Part shown: in pieces, positions 24,501-37,544 of the stretch | Layout of the letters: each line of letters begins with the position of its first letter | Numbering within the stretch: the stretch's first letter is position 1 | Assembly (NCBI GenBank): GCA_000146045.2 | Contig: BK006943.2 | Span: 160,001-224,000, forward strand | From: TPA_inf: Saccharomyces | Taxonomy: Eukaryota | DNA length: 64,000 bases | Direction: 5' to 3' | Made by a program: the position numbers and the translations under genes | The notes under the pieces: generated by a model | What the model saw: the letters and a program-made list of their open reading frames with translations, nothing else | What the model was told of the DNA's origin: nothing | Database searches by the model: none

Positions 24501-25424
24501 ATGACTAGTAAATTAAAACGGGTTGCTGTCGCACAATTATGTTCATCCGCTGACCTGACCAAAAACTTAAAAGTGGTAAAAGAATTGATATCTGAAGCCA
24601 TTCAAAAAAAGGCGGATGTCGTTTTTCTCCCTGAGGCAAGTGACTATCTTTCTCAAAACCCTCTTCATTCCAGGTATTTGGCACAGAAAAGCCCCAAATT
24701 TATTCGGCAATTACAGTCAAGCATTACCGACCTTGTCAGAGATAATTCACGGAATATAGATGTTTCCATTGGGGTACACTTGCCGCCCTCAGAACAAGAT
24801 TTACTTGAAGGCAATGATCGAGTCAGAAACGTTCTATTATATATCGATCATGAAGGGAAAATATTGCAAGAATACCAAAAACTGCATTTGTTTGACGTAG
24901 ACGTGCCAAATGGACCGATATTGAAAGAATCAAAATCTGTCCAGCCTGGCAAAGCCATTCCTGACATTATAGAGTCTCCATTGGGAAAATTGGGCAGTGC
25001 CATTTGTTATGATATTCGCTTTCCCGAATTTTCTTTGAAATTACGATCAATGGGGGCTGAAATCTTATGTTTTCCCAGTGCGTTCACTATTAAAACAGGG
25101 GAAGCACATTGGGAGTTACTAGGCAGAGCAAGAGCGGTTGACACTCAATGCTATGTGCTCATGCCAGGGCAGGTTGGAATGCACGATCTCAGTGATCCAG
25201 AGTGGGAGAAACAATCACATATGAGCGCTCTCGAAAAAAGCTCCAGGAGAGAATCTTGGGGACACTCAATGGTCATTGATCCTTGGGGTAAAATAATAGC
25301 GCATGCCGATCCCTCTACTGTTGGACCACAACTAATTCTCGCTGATTTGGATCGTGAGCTTTTGCAAGAAATAAGGAACAAAATGCCCTTATGGAACCAG
25401 AGAAGAGACGATTTATTTCATTGA
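24501..25424 (+). CDS. NIT2: Nit protein, nitrilase superfamily (307 aa)
   Basis: Carbon-nitrogen hydrolase fold with catalytic Cys in GSAICYDIRFPE and conserved Glu/Lys. 307 aa matches YJL126W. Confidence 0.85.
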   Translation: MTSKLKRVAVAQLCSSADLTKNLKVVKELISEAIQKKADVVFLPEASDYLSQNPLHSRYLAQKSPKFIRQLQSSITDLVRDNSRNIDVSIGVHLPPSEQDLLEGNDRVRNVLLYIDHEGKILQEYQKLHLFDVDVPNGPILKESKSVQPGKAIPDIIESPLGKLGSAICYDIRFPEFSLKLRSMGAEILCFPSAFTIKTGEAHWELLGRARAVDTQCYVLMPGQVGMHDLSDPEWEKQSHMSALEKSSRRESWGHSMVIDPWGKIIAHADPSTVGPQLILADLDRELLQEIRNKMPLWNQRRDDLFH

Positions 25425-25527
25425 GGCAAATAAAATATGAAAAAAGCCTTTATTCGTACAGATTTGCTTTACATATTAAAAATTTCAAAAACATATAATT
25501 TAAGTATATAAGTAGTTAATCATTTAA

Positions 25528-26697
<1,170 letters not shown>

Positions 26698-27125
26698 TTA
26701 GCTACCTGATAGTCCCACCCCGATCTTATTCACATATATTTTCTATATACTTTAAACAGTTTTAAAAGTGATGAGCATGGAAAAAAATTCGTTGCTAACG
26801 GCATGGCATAAACAAAAAGCGAAAAAATTTTATAGATAATAATAAAGAAAAAGTATCAATAGCATGAGTGTTAATGTTATAACGAAGTGTAAGAGGAAAA
26901 AGAATGCTGCGCAAATACGTTACTTCATAAAAAAACTCAAGTACTGTATATATTTTACATTTAAATATATTAATTTATATACAAATACGGCCTCCTCTCT
27001 TGCATTTTTTTTATTGTTCCATCTCCAAAGGCAGTTGATTAAGTGTACGGATAGGTAAAACTGAATGTGGAAATTTTTGAGAGTTTACTCCAGGATATAT
27101 GTTGGTAGTATTGTGTTTTTCTTTC

Positions 27126-27644
27126 TTAGTACATGTCAGATTTATGGAAATCGTAAACGATACCATGGCGGGCCATTTTTTTACCTTTGTGGGTTTCCTC
27201 TTTAAACCTTTTCTCATCATTTTTTTGCTTGGTCAGCCAAGCCTCCTTAAATGGTATGCGTTCCATGGCCTCAAGGGGTTGATCTTCTTTATCGATGTCT
27301 ACTTCGCCTAACATGACAACATTTTCACCACGAATCATGAATATGCCGCGGTCTTCTTCAGCGTATTTGTTTTCTTCGCTAAAATATATTCTCTCCACGC
27401 AATCTTGAAGTATCAAATTTGCATATTGGTCAAAGGTTCTTAGTACACCGAATAGCATTCTTCCATCACGCAAAAGAACGAAGATTTTACGGTCTACTGA
27501 GCTTACAATAGCAGCGGTGGTAGTGAAGTTATACTGGTCGAGATATAAATCGGCCTCACCTTCTGAAATCTTCTTTGGGAAATTCTGCTGTTGTCGCTTC
27601 GCATCCTGATTGGACTGATTTCTGTCCTTGCTATTTGCAGACAT
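27126..27644 (-). CDS. LSM1: Sm-like protein of the cytoplasmic Lsm1-7 complex (172 aa)
   Basis: Sm1/Sm2 motifs (IFVLLRDGRMLFGVLRTFDQYANLILQDCVERI). 172 aa matches YJL124C. Confidence 0.85.
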   Translation of the reverse strand: MSANSKDRNQSNQDAKRQQQNFPKKISEGEADLYLDQYNFTTTAAIVSSVDRKIFVLLRDGRMLFGVLRTFDQYANLILQDCVERIYFSEENKYAEEDRGIFMIRGENVVMLGEVDIDKEDQPLEAMERIPFKEAWLTKQKNDEKRFKEETHKGKKMARHGIVYDFHKSDMY

Positions 27645-28003
27645 TTTTGGTGAATTAATTCGATTCGAGGGCTGCTTTCTTTTATAGGTTTTGAAAGCGG
27701 AGCAAATGTTGGTATAACTCTACTGCAGCGTTGGCAATCCTGTTGAAAAGGAAAAGAAAATATAACTAAACTGTGTTACTTGTATCTTCACTAATATTTA
27801 ATCAGCCCTTGGTCATACAGGCTTCCCCTAGATTGAAATACAGGTGCTGAACACCGTTGTATATTCACGACTTCCTCTATTTTTTTCATATTTTCCATTA
27901 TTCAACGAACGCGGGTAACAAGTCGGCCGAATTTGAACCCACTCCTCTGCGCTTGTAACTTTATACATCATCGTTACGCTATAAATGTTATGTATTAAGT
28001 GTA

Positions 28004-29440
28004 TCAAAGACCCATACGGTCAATGACATAATTCTGTGCCATGACCCCAAATGACAAGCTTAATCCATCTTCGATCCATTCCTTTACCCATTCACTAGGA
28101 TCAATGATCTCATCGTCTTCGTCTTCGTCTTCACTTTCTTTTTGTTTCTTTTGATCGTATGACTTATTCCTCTCCTCACTTGCTGTTGATCCTGTTTTCT
28201 CCACGGATCCTTCTAGCCAATTGACCCATTTGACAGGGAATCCTTGTGATCTTGTTATGGTGGTAATATCGTTAGTTATGTCTTTCAATACAAGGGTGAA
28301 ATTGAAATTGCCTGGCGTATTGGAGTCGGTCACTTGAAAGTCACCGTCGGCATCTTTTTGTTTTTGCGGAATGGCAATTGGTAAGATGGATATGAATAAA
28401 TCACTGATTTTATTGCTGTTACTGCTAATAGAACTCCTATCGTCATCTGGAGTGGCATCAGCCTCTTTCTGTTGTTTCTGGTATTCCTCATGTGCAGTAT
28501 TGAAGAGTTTGACTGCATTTTCCAGGTTTGCAAATGCCAGTTTCTCACCGTCTGTTACCTTGCCGTCGAATAGATTAAACTGTAATTTTTTTTTAGAGTT
28601 GCCTAACTCACCGTCTGCAACTGAAGGCTTTTTTTCCACAGGTGTAATTCCATTATTGTTAGGATGGCCCCATTCATCTACAAATATTCTGATTCCTCCC
28701 TCAACTTGTGAGCTTAGAACTTGATCAAACTTGCTTTCAATATTGTATTGTAATGAGGGATAGTTAACCAAATCATGGACTAGATGAATTCGCAGCACCT
28801 CTTCAGTCTCACCAACAACGATTTTCTGTAAGTTTCTGGCTATTTCAGTAATCGTGCTCGTGTTTATCTTTGAAGTCAAATCAAGCTGTTCTTGGGCAAG
28901 TCGGTTTTTGATCTGGGATGCTTGTTCTGCAGTTTTATTCCAAATACTCGATACCTTTGCGGATCCAGAGGAGGACCACCAGTTTGAAATAGAAGCAATT
29001 GGGTCATGCAATGGGGTCTCCTCCTCCTCCTCTTCTTCTTCTTCTTCTTCCTCCTCTTCTTCTTCTTTCTCCTGCTGCTGTGGTTCCTTTTCCTTTCCGT
29101 GAGCGTCCTGCTCGGAATTTTTGTTTTCTTTTGATTCTTCTACTTTTTCGTCTTGTGCTTTATTATTAACTGATTCACTGGGAGCCTTCTTTTCAACCCC
29201 TTTCTTGTCAGTTAAGCTTAAGTTACTCTTCTCCAACTCTTCTAAGAATTCAAAGATATCATCGTCACCTTTCTTTCCATCATTCCCGGTCTTGCCCGCC
29301 ACAGAATTAGAACCTCCCTTAACGCCTTCTTGGCTACCCTTTACGTCAGTATTAACCATTTTCCCGCCATTCTTTGCTTCTGGCAAAGAATCTAAAAATT
29401 CAAATACGTCTTCAGCCTCAGAGTTCTTATTTTCAGACAT
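28004..29440 (-). CDS. MTC1: Acidic cytoplasmic protein of unknown function (478 aa)
   Basis: 478 aa, N-terminus MSENKNSEAEDVFEFLDSLPEAKNGG, with an uninterrupted Glu18 run. Position between LSM1 and ALB1 matches YJL123C. Confidence 0.75.
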   Translation of the reverse strand: MSENKNSEAEDVFEFLDSLPEAKNGGKMVNTDVKGSQEGVKGGSNSVAGKTGNDGKKGDDDIFEFLEELEKSNLSLTDKKGVEKKAPSESVNNKAQDEKVEESKENKNSEQDAHGKEKEPQQQEKEEEEEEEEEEEEEEEETPLHDPIASISNWWSSSGSAKVSSIWNKTAEQASQIKNRLAQEQLDLTSKINTSTITEIARNLQKIVVGETEEVLRIHLVHDLVNYPSLQYNIESKFDQVLSSQVEGGIRIFVDEWGHPNNNGITPVEKKPSVADGELGNSKKKLQFNLFDGKVTDGEKLAFANLENAVKLFNTAHEEYQKQQKEADATPDDDRSSISSNSNKISDLFISILPIAIPQKQKDADGDFQVTDSNTPGNFNFTLVLKDITNDITTITRSQGFPVKWVNWLEGSVEKTGSTASEERNKSYDQKKQKESEDEDEDDEIIDPSEWVKEWIEDGLSLSFGVMAQNYVIDRMGL

Positions 29441-29590
29441 TTTGCCCTGGTAGTATGTATGTTTTTAATCGATTGAGTCTAGTTAACCTGTCCCTTGTTC
29501 TATTCTTCACCGTCTCGTCCAACTTCCATCAAAGAACCAGAAACCAGAAAATCGCCGGTTTCTTCCACGCGTCAATCCGTTTGGAATGAT

Positions 29591-29622
29591 CTCATCGCAA
29601 AATTTTTTTTCGCTAAAATTTT
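29591..29622 (+). promoter_or_regulatory. PAC (CTCATCGC = GCGATGAG reverse complement) plus two RRPE (AAAATTTT) motifs in the MTC1/ALB1 divergent promoter
   Basis: gatCTCATCGCAAAATTTTttttcgctAAAATTTTcat lies about 95-125 bp upstream of the ALB1 ATG. PAC and RRPE are the signature motifs of the ribosome-biogenesis regulon. Confidence 0.6.
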
Positions 29623-29715
29623 CATAGAGAGTATCAATATTAATATATGGTTATAACTTATGGCGGCATTAGTCGATGAGGTGCTTGCCGAAGAGACTAG
29701 CACAGCCAACCCATA

Positions 29716-30243
29716 ATGCCTTCTAAAAACTCCATCAACAGACCTAAGCTGACTTCAAATTTGCACCACAAGGTGCACTCTTTAAATAAGAAAAGAGCTC
29801 AAAGAGAAAGAGCTGGTCTCTTGAAGCCAGCTAGATCCAGCGTAAATTCGAAATCTGGGGAAATAAAATCAGTAGCGTTGGACCTATACTTCCAAAACAA
29901 GAAGAACGAAAGTCAGAATTCCACTGCTGTGACATTACAAAATGCTTCATCTTCTCCGGCCTCCATCACCACGAGGACACTTTCCAAAAAGAGAGCTAAG
30001 AAAATCGAGAGAAACTTAAAATATGCTACACAGAGAAAATTATTGGTTGACGCAAGCGCTAAGCTAGAAGACGAAATGGATATTGATCTAGATGGCGGTA
30101 AGAAAGTGAAAGAGAATGAAAAGAAGAGTTCTTTGACTTTGGTTAAGGAAGCCTTATGGAGTGTCATTGACGATACTGCATCCCAGGGATTGATCATCGA
30201 AAACGGACAAGGCACCACCCTGGGCGGCCCATTTTTCCCATGA
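29716..30243 (+). CDS. ALB1: Pre-60S ribosome biogenesis shuttling factor (175 aa)
   Basis: 175 aa basic protein. PAC and RRPE promoter motifs upstream. Matches YJL122W. Confidence 0.75.
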   Translation: MPSKNSINRPKLTSNLHHKVHSLNKKRAQRERAGLLKPARSSVNSKSGEIKSVALDLYFQNKKNESQNSTAVTLQNASSSPASITTRTLSKKRAKKIERNLKYATQRKLLVDASAKLEDEMDIDLDGGKKVKENEKKSSLTLVKEALWSVIDDTASQGLIIENGQGTTLGGPFFP

Positions 30244-30373
30244 GTTAGGCACTTACGTATCTTGTATAGTAGGAATGGCTCGGTTTATGTATATTAGGAG
30301 ATCAAAACGAGAAAAAAATACCATATCGTATAGTATAGAGAGTATAAATATAAGAAATGCCGCATATGTACAA

Positions 30374-31345
<972 letters not shown>

Positions 31346-31638
31346 AGCCACGTCCTGCTTTATAAGAGGACATTTAAAGTTGCAGGACTTGAATGCAATT
31401 ACCGGAAGAAGCAACCAACCGGCATGGTTCAGCATACAATACACATTTGATTAGAAAAGCAGAGAATAAATAGACATGATACCTCTCTTTTTATCCTCTG
31501 CAGCGTATTATTGTTTATTCCACGCAGGCATCGGTCGTTGGCTGTTGTTATGTCTCAGATAAGCGCGTTTGTTATGCGAAAAAAAAAAACTTTACAGAGG
31601 CTTTGTTTATATATAGAAAGACCACGAAAAAAACAGTG

Positions 31639-32298
31639 ATGGCTTCATGCTTTTCAGTTTCATTATTGGCACGAGTAGCAGTCGTTGAGCCCATCAGAGT
31701 GCAACTTTGGTTAAATGTCGTAAATTGTATGATTGAATCATCCATGCACCAATGTCCTCCACGGGATCGCCACTTTTTTTCTTCATCACGCCCCATTTTG
31801 TTGATCCGACGTTCTGTATCAACTGTATACAGATTCGTTGCTTCTCGCACCACACAGGTTTTACGTGCGGCCAAGACCGTTGTCAAGTGGTTCATTATTG
31901 TCGACCCACTGATAAATTCTATTCTAATCAATTATCTCATTGATAGGCTCTGCACTCTTGGGCATGCTGTATTGCGAGTGAAAAAGCGCAAGACCGAGGA
32001 GAGACAACCCTGTTCTCCCATTATACAACACACACACGTTAAGAGACGCAAACGGCCTCGTCTGAGGATCGTAGCCATCAAGAGGAAGCGGAGGCGTCGA
32101 AGACCACATCGCATCGAGCGTCCACTCTCAAATATGTACCCAATAATGGAAATCCAGATGGTGGCTGTTCCACTTGCTCTTCCCAGTCCAACTGCACTGG
32201 TGCATTATCAGCAGCAGCAACAGCAGCTCCCGCAACATCATCCCTGGTACGACCTCTCGCTTTCTGAAGAAGCCCTCTCGACCTGCTGTTGTAGTTGA
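31639..32298 (+). CDS. YJL118W: Protein of unknown function (219 aa)
   Basis: The ATG 12 codons into the 231-aa track ORF (MASCFSVSLL...) gives 219 aa, matching YJL118W. Arg/Lys-rich central region and a poly-Gln run near the C-terminus. Confidence 0.55.
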   Translation: MASCFSVSLLARVAVVEPIRVQLWLNVVNCMIESSMHQCPPRDRHFFSSSRPILLIRRSVSTVYRFVASRTTQVLRAAKTVVKWFIIVDPLINSILINYLIDRLCTLGHAVLRVKKRKTEERQPCSPIIQHTHVKRRKRPRLRIVAIKRKRRRRRPHRIERPLSNMYPIMEIQMVAVPLALPSPTALVHYQQQQQQLPQHHPWYDLSLSEEALSTCCCS

Positions 32299-32530
32299 CC
32301 TATAACTGAAAATTCACACCCGCATTACCCAGCGCGCCCGCACGTGCTCTTTATGGAAACTATAATGAATAACGACCAAAGAACATCTTTTTTTCTCTCT
32401 CACACAAATAAAGCTTTTCATGTTTATAGATATATAGCACATACTTTTACTAAGTTTTCTAGATTGATTACGACTCTTCCAGTTGCACATTTTTTCATAG
32501 CGAAAGTACAAGAGTAGGAAGAGTGGCACA

Positions 32531-33466
32531 ATGGCGGTTCAACAAAGAAAGAAGAAAGAGGGTAGAAAGTCCGATAAAAATGCCCCATCGGTCCCACAAG
32601 TAGATGCATCATTAGACAAACCACTTGATATTGATGCTCCTCCTACTATTTACAGTGTTAATTTGAAACCAGAATATGGTACAGCTGCATTGAATTTGTC
32701 CGCGGATTTCATCAGACAAGAACAGGCATTGGCTAATAAGTATTTGTTCTTCCATCCCGTCATCCTTGTTGTTCTAACCATTGGGCTGCTTATTTACTTG
32801 ACGCCAAGAATTGTCTTTCCGATAAGGAATACAGGATCCGTTGCTGGATGGTTCTACCAGCTGGCTCGTATTAATAAGAAGGTCGTCCTCAGCGGTTTAG
32901 TGTTCACCGCAATTGGTGCATCTTTCTTGTTCACCCTCCTCTCACGTGTATCTGACTCGTATTTCAAGTCGAAGATCAACCAACTTGTTGGTTCTAAAGG
33001 TGAGAAAGTTTTCGGCATCAATTTGAATGATTTGGTGGCAAGACATGAAACAAAGGATCCAGTGGTGAACAATACGCATATCATCGTTTATAGAGAAACG
33101 CCCATTGCATTGATTTCGTTAGCCCCTAACATGACATTAAGTACTGATGAAAATTTAGTCATGAGTGTTACTACTGTGGGTTGTCGTCGTGTATATGTAA
33201 AAAGTGGCATTATCGAAGATTTGATTGATTGGGCTATGCTACACTCCAAAAATATTAGAAGCAGCGGCAAATACGGGGAGACCATGAAACTCTTGATTGA
33301 TGTCTACTCATTCGATAGCACGCTTAAGGAAATTTTGAAGAAAAAAGGGTTCACTTATATTCAAAGCATTAGAGTCTCTGAAAATCGACTACTAGGCGGT
33401 TTGTTCGGTGTGAAGAAGGAATTATGGGGTTTGCAATTCCATTTTAAAGCCGAACACAAGGACTAG
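32531..33466 (+). CDS. PHO86: ER membrane protein required for phosphate transporter exit from the ER (311 aa)
   Basis: 311 aa with two hydrophobic segments ([34 protein letters not shown]). Matches YJL117W. Confidence 0.75.
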
Positions 33467-33859
33467 GATACTGTTATTTTTATAGCCAAAAAATGAAAAA
33501 AAACAGCATGGCATCTTGTTAGTTCTGTTGCAACTCGCAGGAAGTAACAAAATAAACACTATAATATTTCCATATATTTATATATATGTATACAAACACC
33601 TTGTTAACAAAAAAAAAATAAACGAACTAAAGAAAACCGTAATGCAGAGTACACCTTGAAGAGAGAGAAAAGAAAATCTTTGAATCCATAGCATAATAGC
33701 GATCAACGAAACTTTTTAAGAAGTAAAATGAACTGAAAGGAGAAAAATATAACGGAATCCCAATGTATAATAATAAATAGAGAGCGGAAGAAAAAGAATA
33801 ATAAGGGGAATTGAGGGTATCAAAATACAAGACATTCTTTTACCGAAAAGAAGAATGAC

Positions 33860-34873
33860 TTAATAGAAAACAAATTCAGCAGATCCAGATAAAACAGAAA
33901 CTGTGCAACCATCGGAACCATCTCCGGTGAAAGAGCCATCTTCATACGCACAGCTGCCCTGAACGTTAGCGCCATCGGATGCAACTATTTTAACGTTAAA
34001 GTTGGCAGCTTGGTTACTGTTGGGGTTTGGAATCAACGACAAGTATGTTTCTCCATTAGTGGAACCAGCACCTAACACTAGTGGAGCCCAGTTGCCGACA
34101 TCCGAACCAGAAGTACCCCAAATGCACCCATCTTCTGCAGATACACCGGCGTTGTTAATATAGTACTGAGCAGAAGTCTTTTTACCCTGCCATTGATAAT
34201 AAGTGTCTTCATCAACGACTGAAATTGGTTGTGAATCTCCACCATCAACCACTGTGGGAATCACCATGTTTTCTGATCCTGGGTAATCCGTCCTACATAG
34301 AGCAATGGAGTCAGACTTTTTGTTAATGGCCTTAGCAGATGTTTCATCCGTAGAACATAAATCGCTGGTATCAGTGTTGGTACGGTACAAGTAACCATTT
34401 TTACAGTAAAGACCACCAACAGATTTACCATCGCTTGGTTGGTCAGAAGGCCATTGAGTCTTTGACATTCCAGGTTCACATGCATAAGAACAGTAGTAGC
34501 CATCCTTACATTCGGACGAAGTGTTGGCATCCATGTCCATGACAGAGGCCCATCCACCAAATCCTAGCCAGTCCAAGGAAACTATACCGTTTACAGAAGG
34601 GAAGTCCGAACATTTGACAGTACCATCTTGGAATCCGCCATCACGCTTCTGTTCAGAGGTATCCTTCTCAGATGAGGACAATGTAGTGGTAGTAGCAGCA
34701 GATTCTACAGTACTAGTAGCGGCATTGGAATCTATGTATTGAGTGACAGTGACAACCGCTGGTTTTTCATCTTTGTGATGATCTTCATGGTGACTGTCCG
34801 CTGGAGCAGGTGCAGGGGCAGAAAATGCGACAGAAGAAAGGGAAGACAATATTAAAGCTGCGGAAATTTTCAT
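33860..34873 (-). CDS. NCA3: SUN-family secreted/cell-wall protein (337 aa)
   Basis: N-terminal signal peptide [20 protein letters not shown], Ser/Thr-rich linker, Cys-rich C-terminal SUN domain. 337 aa matches YJL116C. Confidence 0.8.
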   Translation of the reverse strand: MKISAALILSSLSSVAFSAPAPAPADSHHEDHHKDEKPAVVTVTQYIDSNAATSTVESAATTTTLSSSEKDTSEQKRDGGFQDGTVKCSDFPSVNGIVSLDWLGFGGWASVMDMDANTSSECKDGYYCSYACEPGMSKTQWPSDQPSDGKSVGGLYCKNGYLYRTNTDTSDLCSTDETSAKAINKKSDSIALCRTDYPGSENMVIPTVVDGGDSQPISVVDEDTYYQWQGKKTSAQYYINNAGVSAEDGCIWGTSGSDVGNWAPLVLGAGSTNGETYLSLIPNPNSNQAANFNVKIVASDGANVQGSCAYEDGSFTGDGSDGCTVSVLSGSAEFVFY

Positions 34874-36070
34874 TATGTGTTAGAGAGAGACGAGTTAAGT
34901 ATGTGCGACTATACTAGTATTATAATATTAAAGGAAAGTAAGGTACCGTCTATGAGGAGACTGTTAGTTGGATATCAGTAATGAGACGAAAAAGCTCGAA
35001 ATGAATGGATATATTCTTTTTGCTACTGGCAACTGTTGAATATTTAATGTTAAAACAAACTAACTGAGGTATATTCGTATCTGTATGTACACATATACTA
35101 TATACAGGAAAAGATAAGCAAGAGAGAGGATATCAACTACGAGAGCGATCGATTATATATCAAAAGCTGTCCGCTTTGCCACCCATAATCGGCGCTTAGT
35201 TTCGGAGTTCAATCATAATTCTACCACCTTACACTCAACTTACTCTTTAACTCCTATAGTATAATATCGCCACTGACCCCATATTAAAAAAATTTTTTTG
35301 CTCGATCTTCTATCCTCTTTAGGTTAATTGTCGCTGTTATTGTCTAGATTTTTTCTCGGAGATGGCGCATCTATTTGCCGTCAAAAGATCCTCTCATACC
35401 ATATTAAGTAAATTGCCTCCATTTCTTTTTCCTCGGGCAGAGAAACTCGCAGGCAACTTGCTCTCGAAGTGGTCACGTGCGGGTCTAGGCCTGCATAATC
35501 GGCCCTCACAGAGGGATCCCGTTACCCATCTATGCTGAAGATTTATCATACTATTCCTCCGCTCGTTTCTTTTTTCAGTGAGGTGTGTCGTGAAAGAAAA
35601 CCCACAATTAAACTTTCAACAACCGGGCGACTAGGAAGAGAGTAGTGGGCGCGGATGACGAAGGCTAAGGTCACTTCTTCGTTTCCTTTATTGGGGTTTC
35701 CGTGTAGCCTTCCCCTGAATAGTGTGGGACGTTTTATGAGAAGCCGTAAGAAATAGGCAAATTGAGTTATGACAAGTAGACATGATGCCGCAGCCTTGCC
35801 TGACTTTACGTCTCCTTCATGAATAAGTTTTTCTATCGAGTTCTTTTCCTTTTTTCGCCTTAATTAGCTCAATTAAGCCTGTCCTCACTACTTTTCTTTT
35901 TCTTATCGGCTTTGTGCCACACCTAACCTTCGAATGCTGTTTTATTCCGTTCTTACATGGGATGGTAATGCCTTGGCGAGAATTTCGATTTTCAGGATAT
36001 TGTCTTGGTGGCGTCTTTTGCTGTTACTATGTGTTTAAGAGAGAGCTGTTCTACAAAGAACTTTTCATTT

Positions 36071-36112
36071 ACGCGTTTTTTCCTTTTTTTTTTTTTCTCA
36101 TCCTAAACGCGT
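36071..36112 (+). promoter_or_regulatory. Two MluI cell-cycle boxes (ACGCGT) flanking a poly(dT) tract in the ASF1 promoter
   Basis: ACGCGT at 36071-36076 and 36107-36112, about 215 and 180 bp upstream of the ASF1 ATG, separated by T20. MBF-type G1/S elements are expected for ASF1. A Cbf1/Pho4-type E-box TCACGTG lies at 35473-35479 in the same intergenic region. Confidence 0.55.
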
Positions 36113-36286
36113 AAATCTGTTCCCTTTTTCATGTAATGGGCGTACAACCGACGATGGAAAAATGAATCTTGCAATTTTAATACTAACACTTGGAATAACT
36201 CCAAACAGGTAAGAGGCTCACAGAATCTCGAAAGTGTAACAGCGTACTCTCCCTACCATCCAATTGAAACATAAGATATAGAAAAG

Positions 36287-37126
36287 ATGTCAATTGTTTC
36301 ACTGTTAGGCATCAAAGTCTTAAACAACCCGGCAAAGTTCACTGATCCATATGAGTTTGAAATCACTTTTGAATGCTTAGAATCTTTAAAACATGACTTA
36401 GAGTGGAAACTAACCTATGTTGGGTCCTCTCGTTCTCTAGACCATGACCAGGAATTGGATTCCATTCTGGTAGGCCCCGTTCCCGTAGGTGTTAATAAAT
36501 TTGTGTTTTCTGCTGACCCTCCCTCCGCCGAGCTGATTCCTGCGAGTGAATTGGTTAGTGTGACTGTTATTCTATTAAGTTGTTCTTATGACGGGAGAGA
36601 GTTTGTTAGGGTCGGTTACTACGTGAATAATGAGTACGATGAAGAAGAGTTAAGAGAAAATCCGCCAGCAAAGGTACAAGTAGATCATATTGTAAGAAAT
36701 ATACTGGCTGAAAAGCCAAGGGTAACAAGGTTTAACATTGTTTGGGATAATGAAAATGAAGGGGATTTATACCCACCTGAACAGCCCGGCGTAGATGATG
36801 AAGAGGAGGAGGACGATGAAGAAGAAGATGACGATGAAGATGATGAAGACGACGAAGATGACGATCAAGAAGATGGAGAGGGAGAGGCGGAAGAAGCGGC
36901 AGAGGAGGAAGAAGAGGAGGAAGAGAAGACTGAAGACAACGAAACGAATCTTGAAGAAGAGGAGGAAGACATAGAAAATAGTGACGGCGATGAGGAAGAA
37001 GGAGAAGAAGAGGTGGGGTCTGTAGACAAGAATGAAGATGGTAATGATAAGAAGAGGAGGAAAATAGAAGGGGGGTCCACGGATATTGAATCCACTCCAA
37101 AGGATGCGGCACGTTCAACGAATTAA
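36287..37126 (+). CDS. ASF1: Histone H3/H4 chaperone anti-silencing function 1 (279 aa)
   Basis: Conserved N-terminal core [32 protein letters not shown] plus a long C-terminal poly-Asp/Glu tail. 279 aa. Confidence 0.95.
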
Positions 37127-37312
37127 GAATTTATGGGTTATAAGATTAATGGTACCTGCAAGAGAGGTACACTTTATAAAATGTATAAATAAAAAAATAA
37201 CAGACATAAGATAAAGTCGGGTTAGGGCAACAGCTACGTAAAAAATAAAAGGCAGTAATATTTTCCATTTAAGTTGATTTTCTTATTATTGTCGTTGAGA
37301 ACAAAAAGAAAT

Positions 37313-37385
37313 TGGACGAGTCCGGAATCGAACCGGAGACCTCTCCCATGCTAAGGGAGCGCGCTACCGACTACGCCACACGCCC
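37313..37385 (-). tRNA. tA(AGC): tRNA-Ala (anticodon AGC)
   Basis: The reverse complement reads GGGCGTGTGGCGTAGTCGGTAGCGCGCTCCCTTAGCATGGGAGAGGTCTCCGGTTCGATTCCGGACTCGTCCA, identical to yeast tRNA-Ala. A-box TGGCGTAGTCGG, B-box GGTTCGATTCC, G3:U70 pair. Confidence 0.95.
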
Positions 37386-37400
37386 TAATATTATTGATAT

Positions 37401-37494
37401 TGTTGTTTATCAAAGTGAGATACGTCAGTATGACAATACGTCATCCTAAAAGTTCATAAAACACATATGAAACAACTTCATAACAGAACGAACA
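37401..37494 (+). repeat. Sigma (Ty3 LTR) 5' fragment of about 94 bp, 16 bp upstream of the tRNA-Ala 5' end
   Basis: tgttgtttatcaaagtgagatacgtcagtatgacaatacgtcatcc...acacatatgaaacaac matches the sigma 5' end (TGTTGTATCTCAAAATGAGATATGTCAGTATGACAATACGTCACC...). The 16-bp spacing from a Pol III gene is the classic Ty3 integration position. Confidence 0.8.
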
Positions 37495-37544
37495 TGTTGG
37501 AATAAAAATCCACTATCGTCTATCAACTAATAGTTATATTATCA
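37495..37544 (+). repeat. Delta (Ty1/Ty2 LTR) 5' fragment, truncated by the Ty4 insertion
   Basis: tgttggaataaaaatccactatcgtctatcaactaatagttatattatca matches delta positions about 1-60 (TGTTGGAATAGAAATCAACTATCATCTACTAACTAGTA...TATTATCA). Confidence 0.75.

Noticed and set aside
28371-29453. Several 80-117-aa plus-strand ORFs antisense to MTC1
   Set aside because: Same explanation: the poly-Glu (GAA)n region is open on both strands (poly-Ser/Phe antisense). No domain content. Contained in MTC1.
31572-31931. 119-aa minus-strand ORF overlapping the YJL118W 5' region
   Set aside because: Antisense to and overlapping YJL118W. Probably corresponds to a dubious annotated ORF (YJL119C). No supporting features.
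36732-37118. 128-aa and 76-aa minus-strand ORFs antisense to the ASF1 C-terminal tail
   Set aside because: They arise from the (GAA/GAG/GAT)n acidic-tail repeats, which keep every frame open. The peptides are low-complexity Leu/Pro/Ser runs with no start context. They are fully contained within a well-supported gene.
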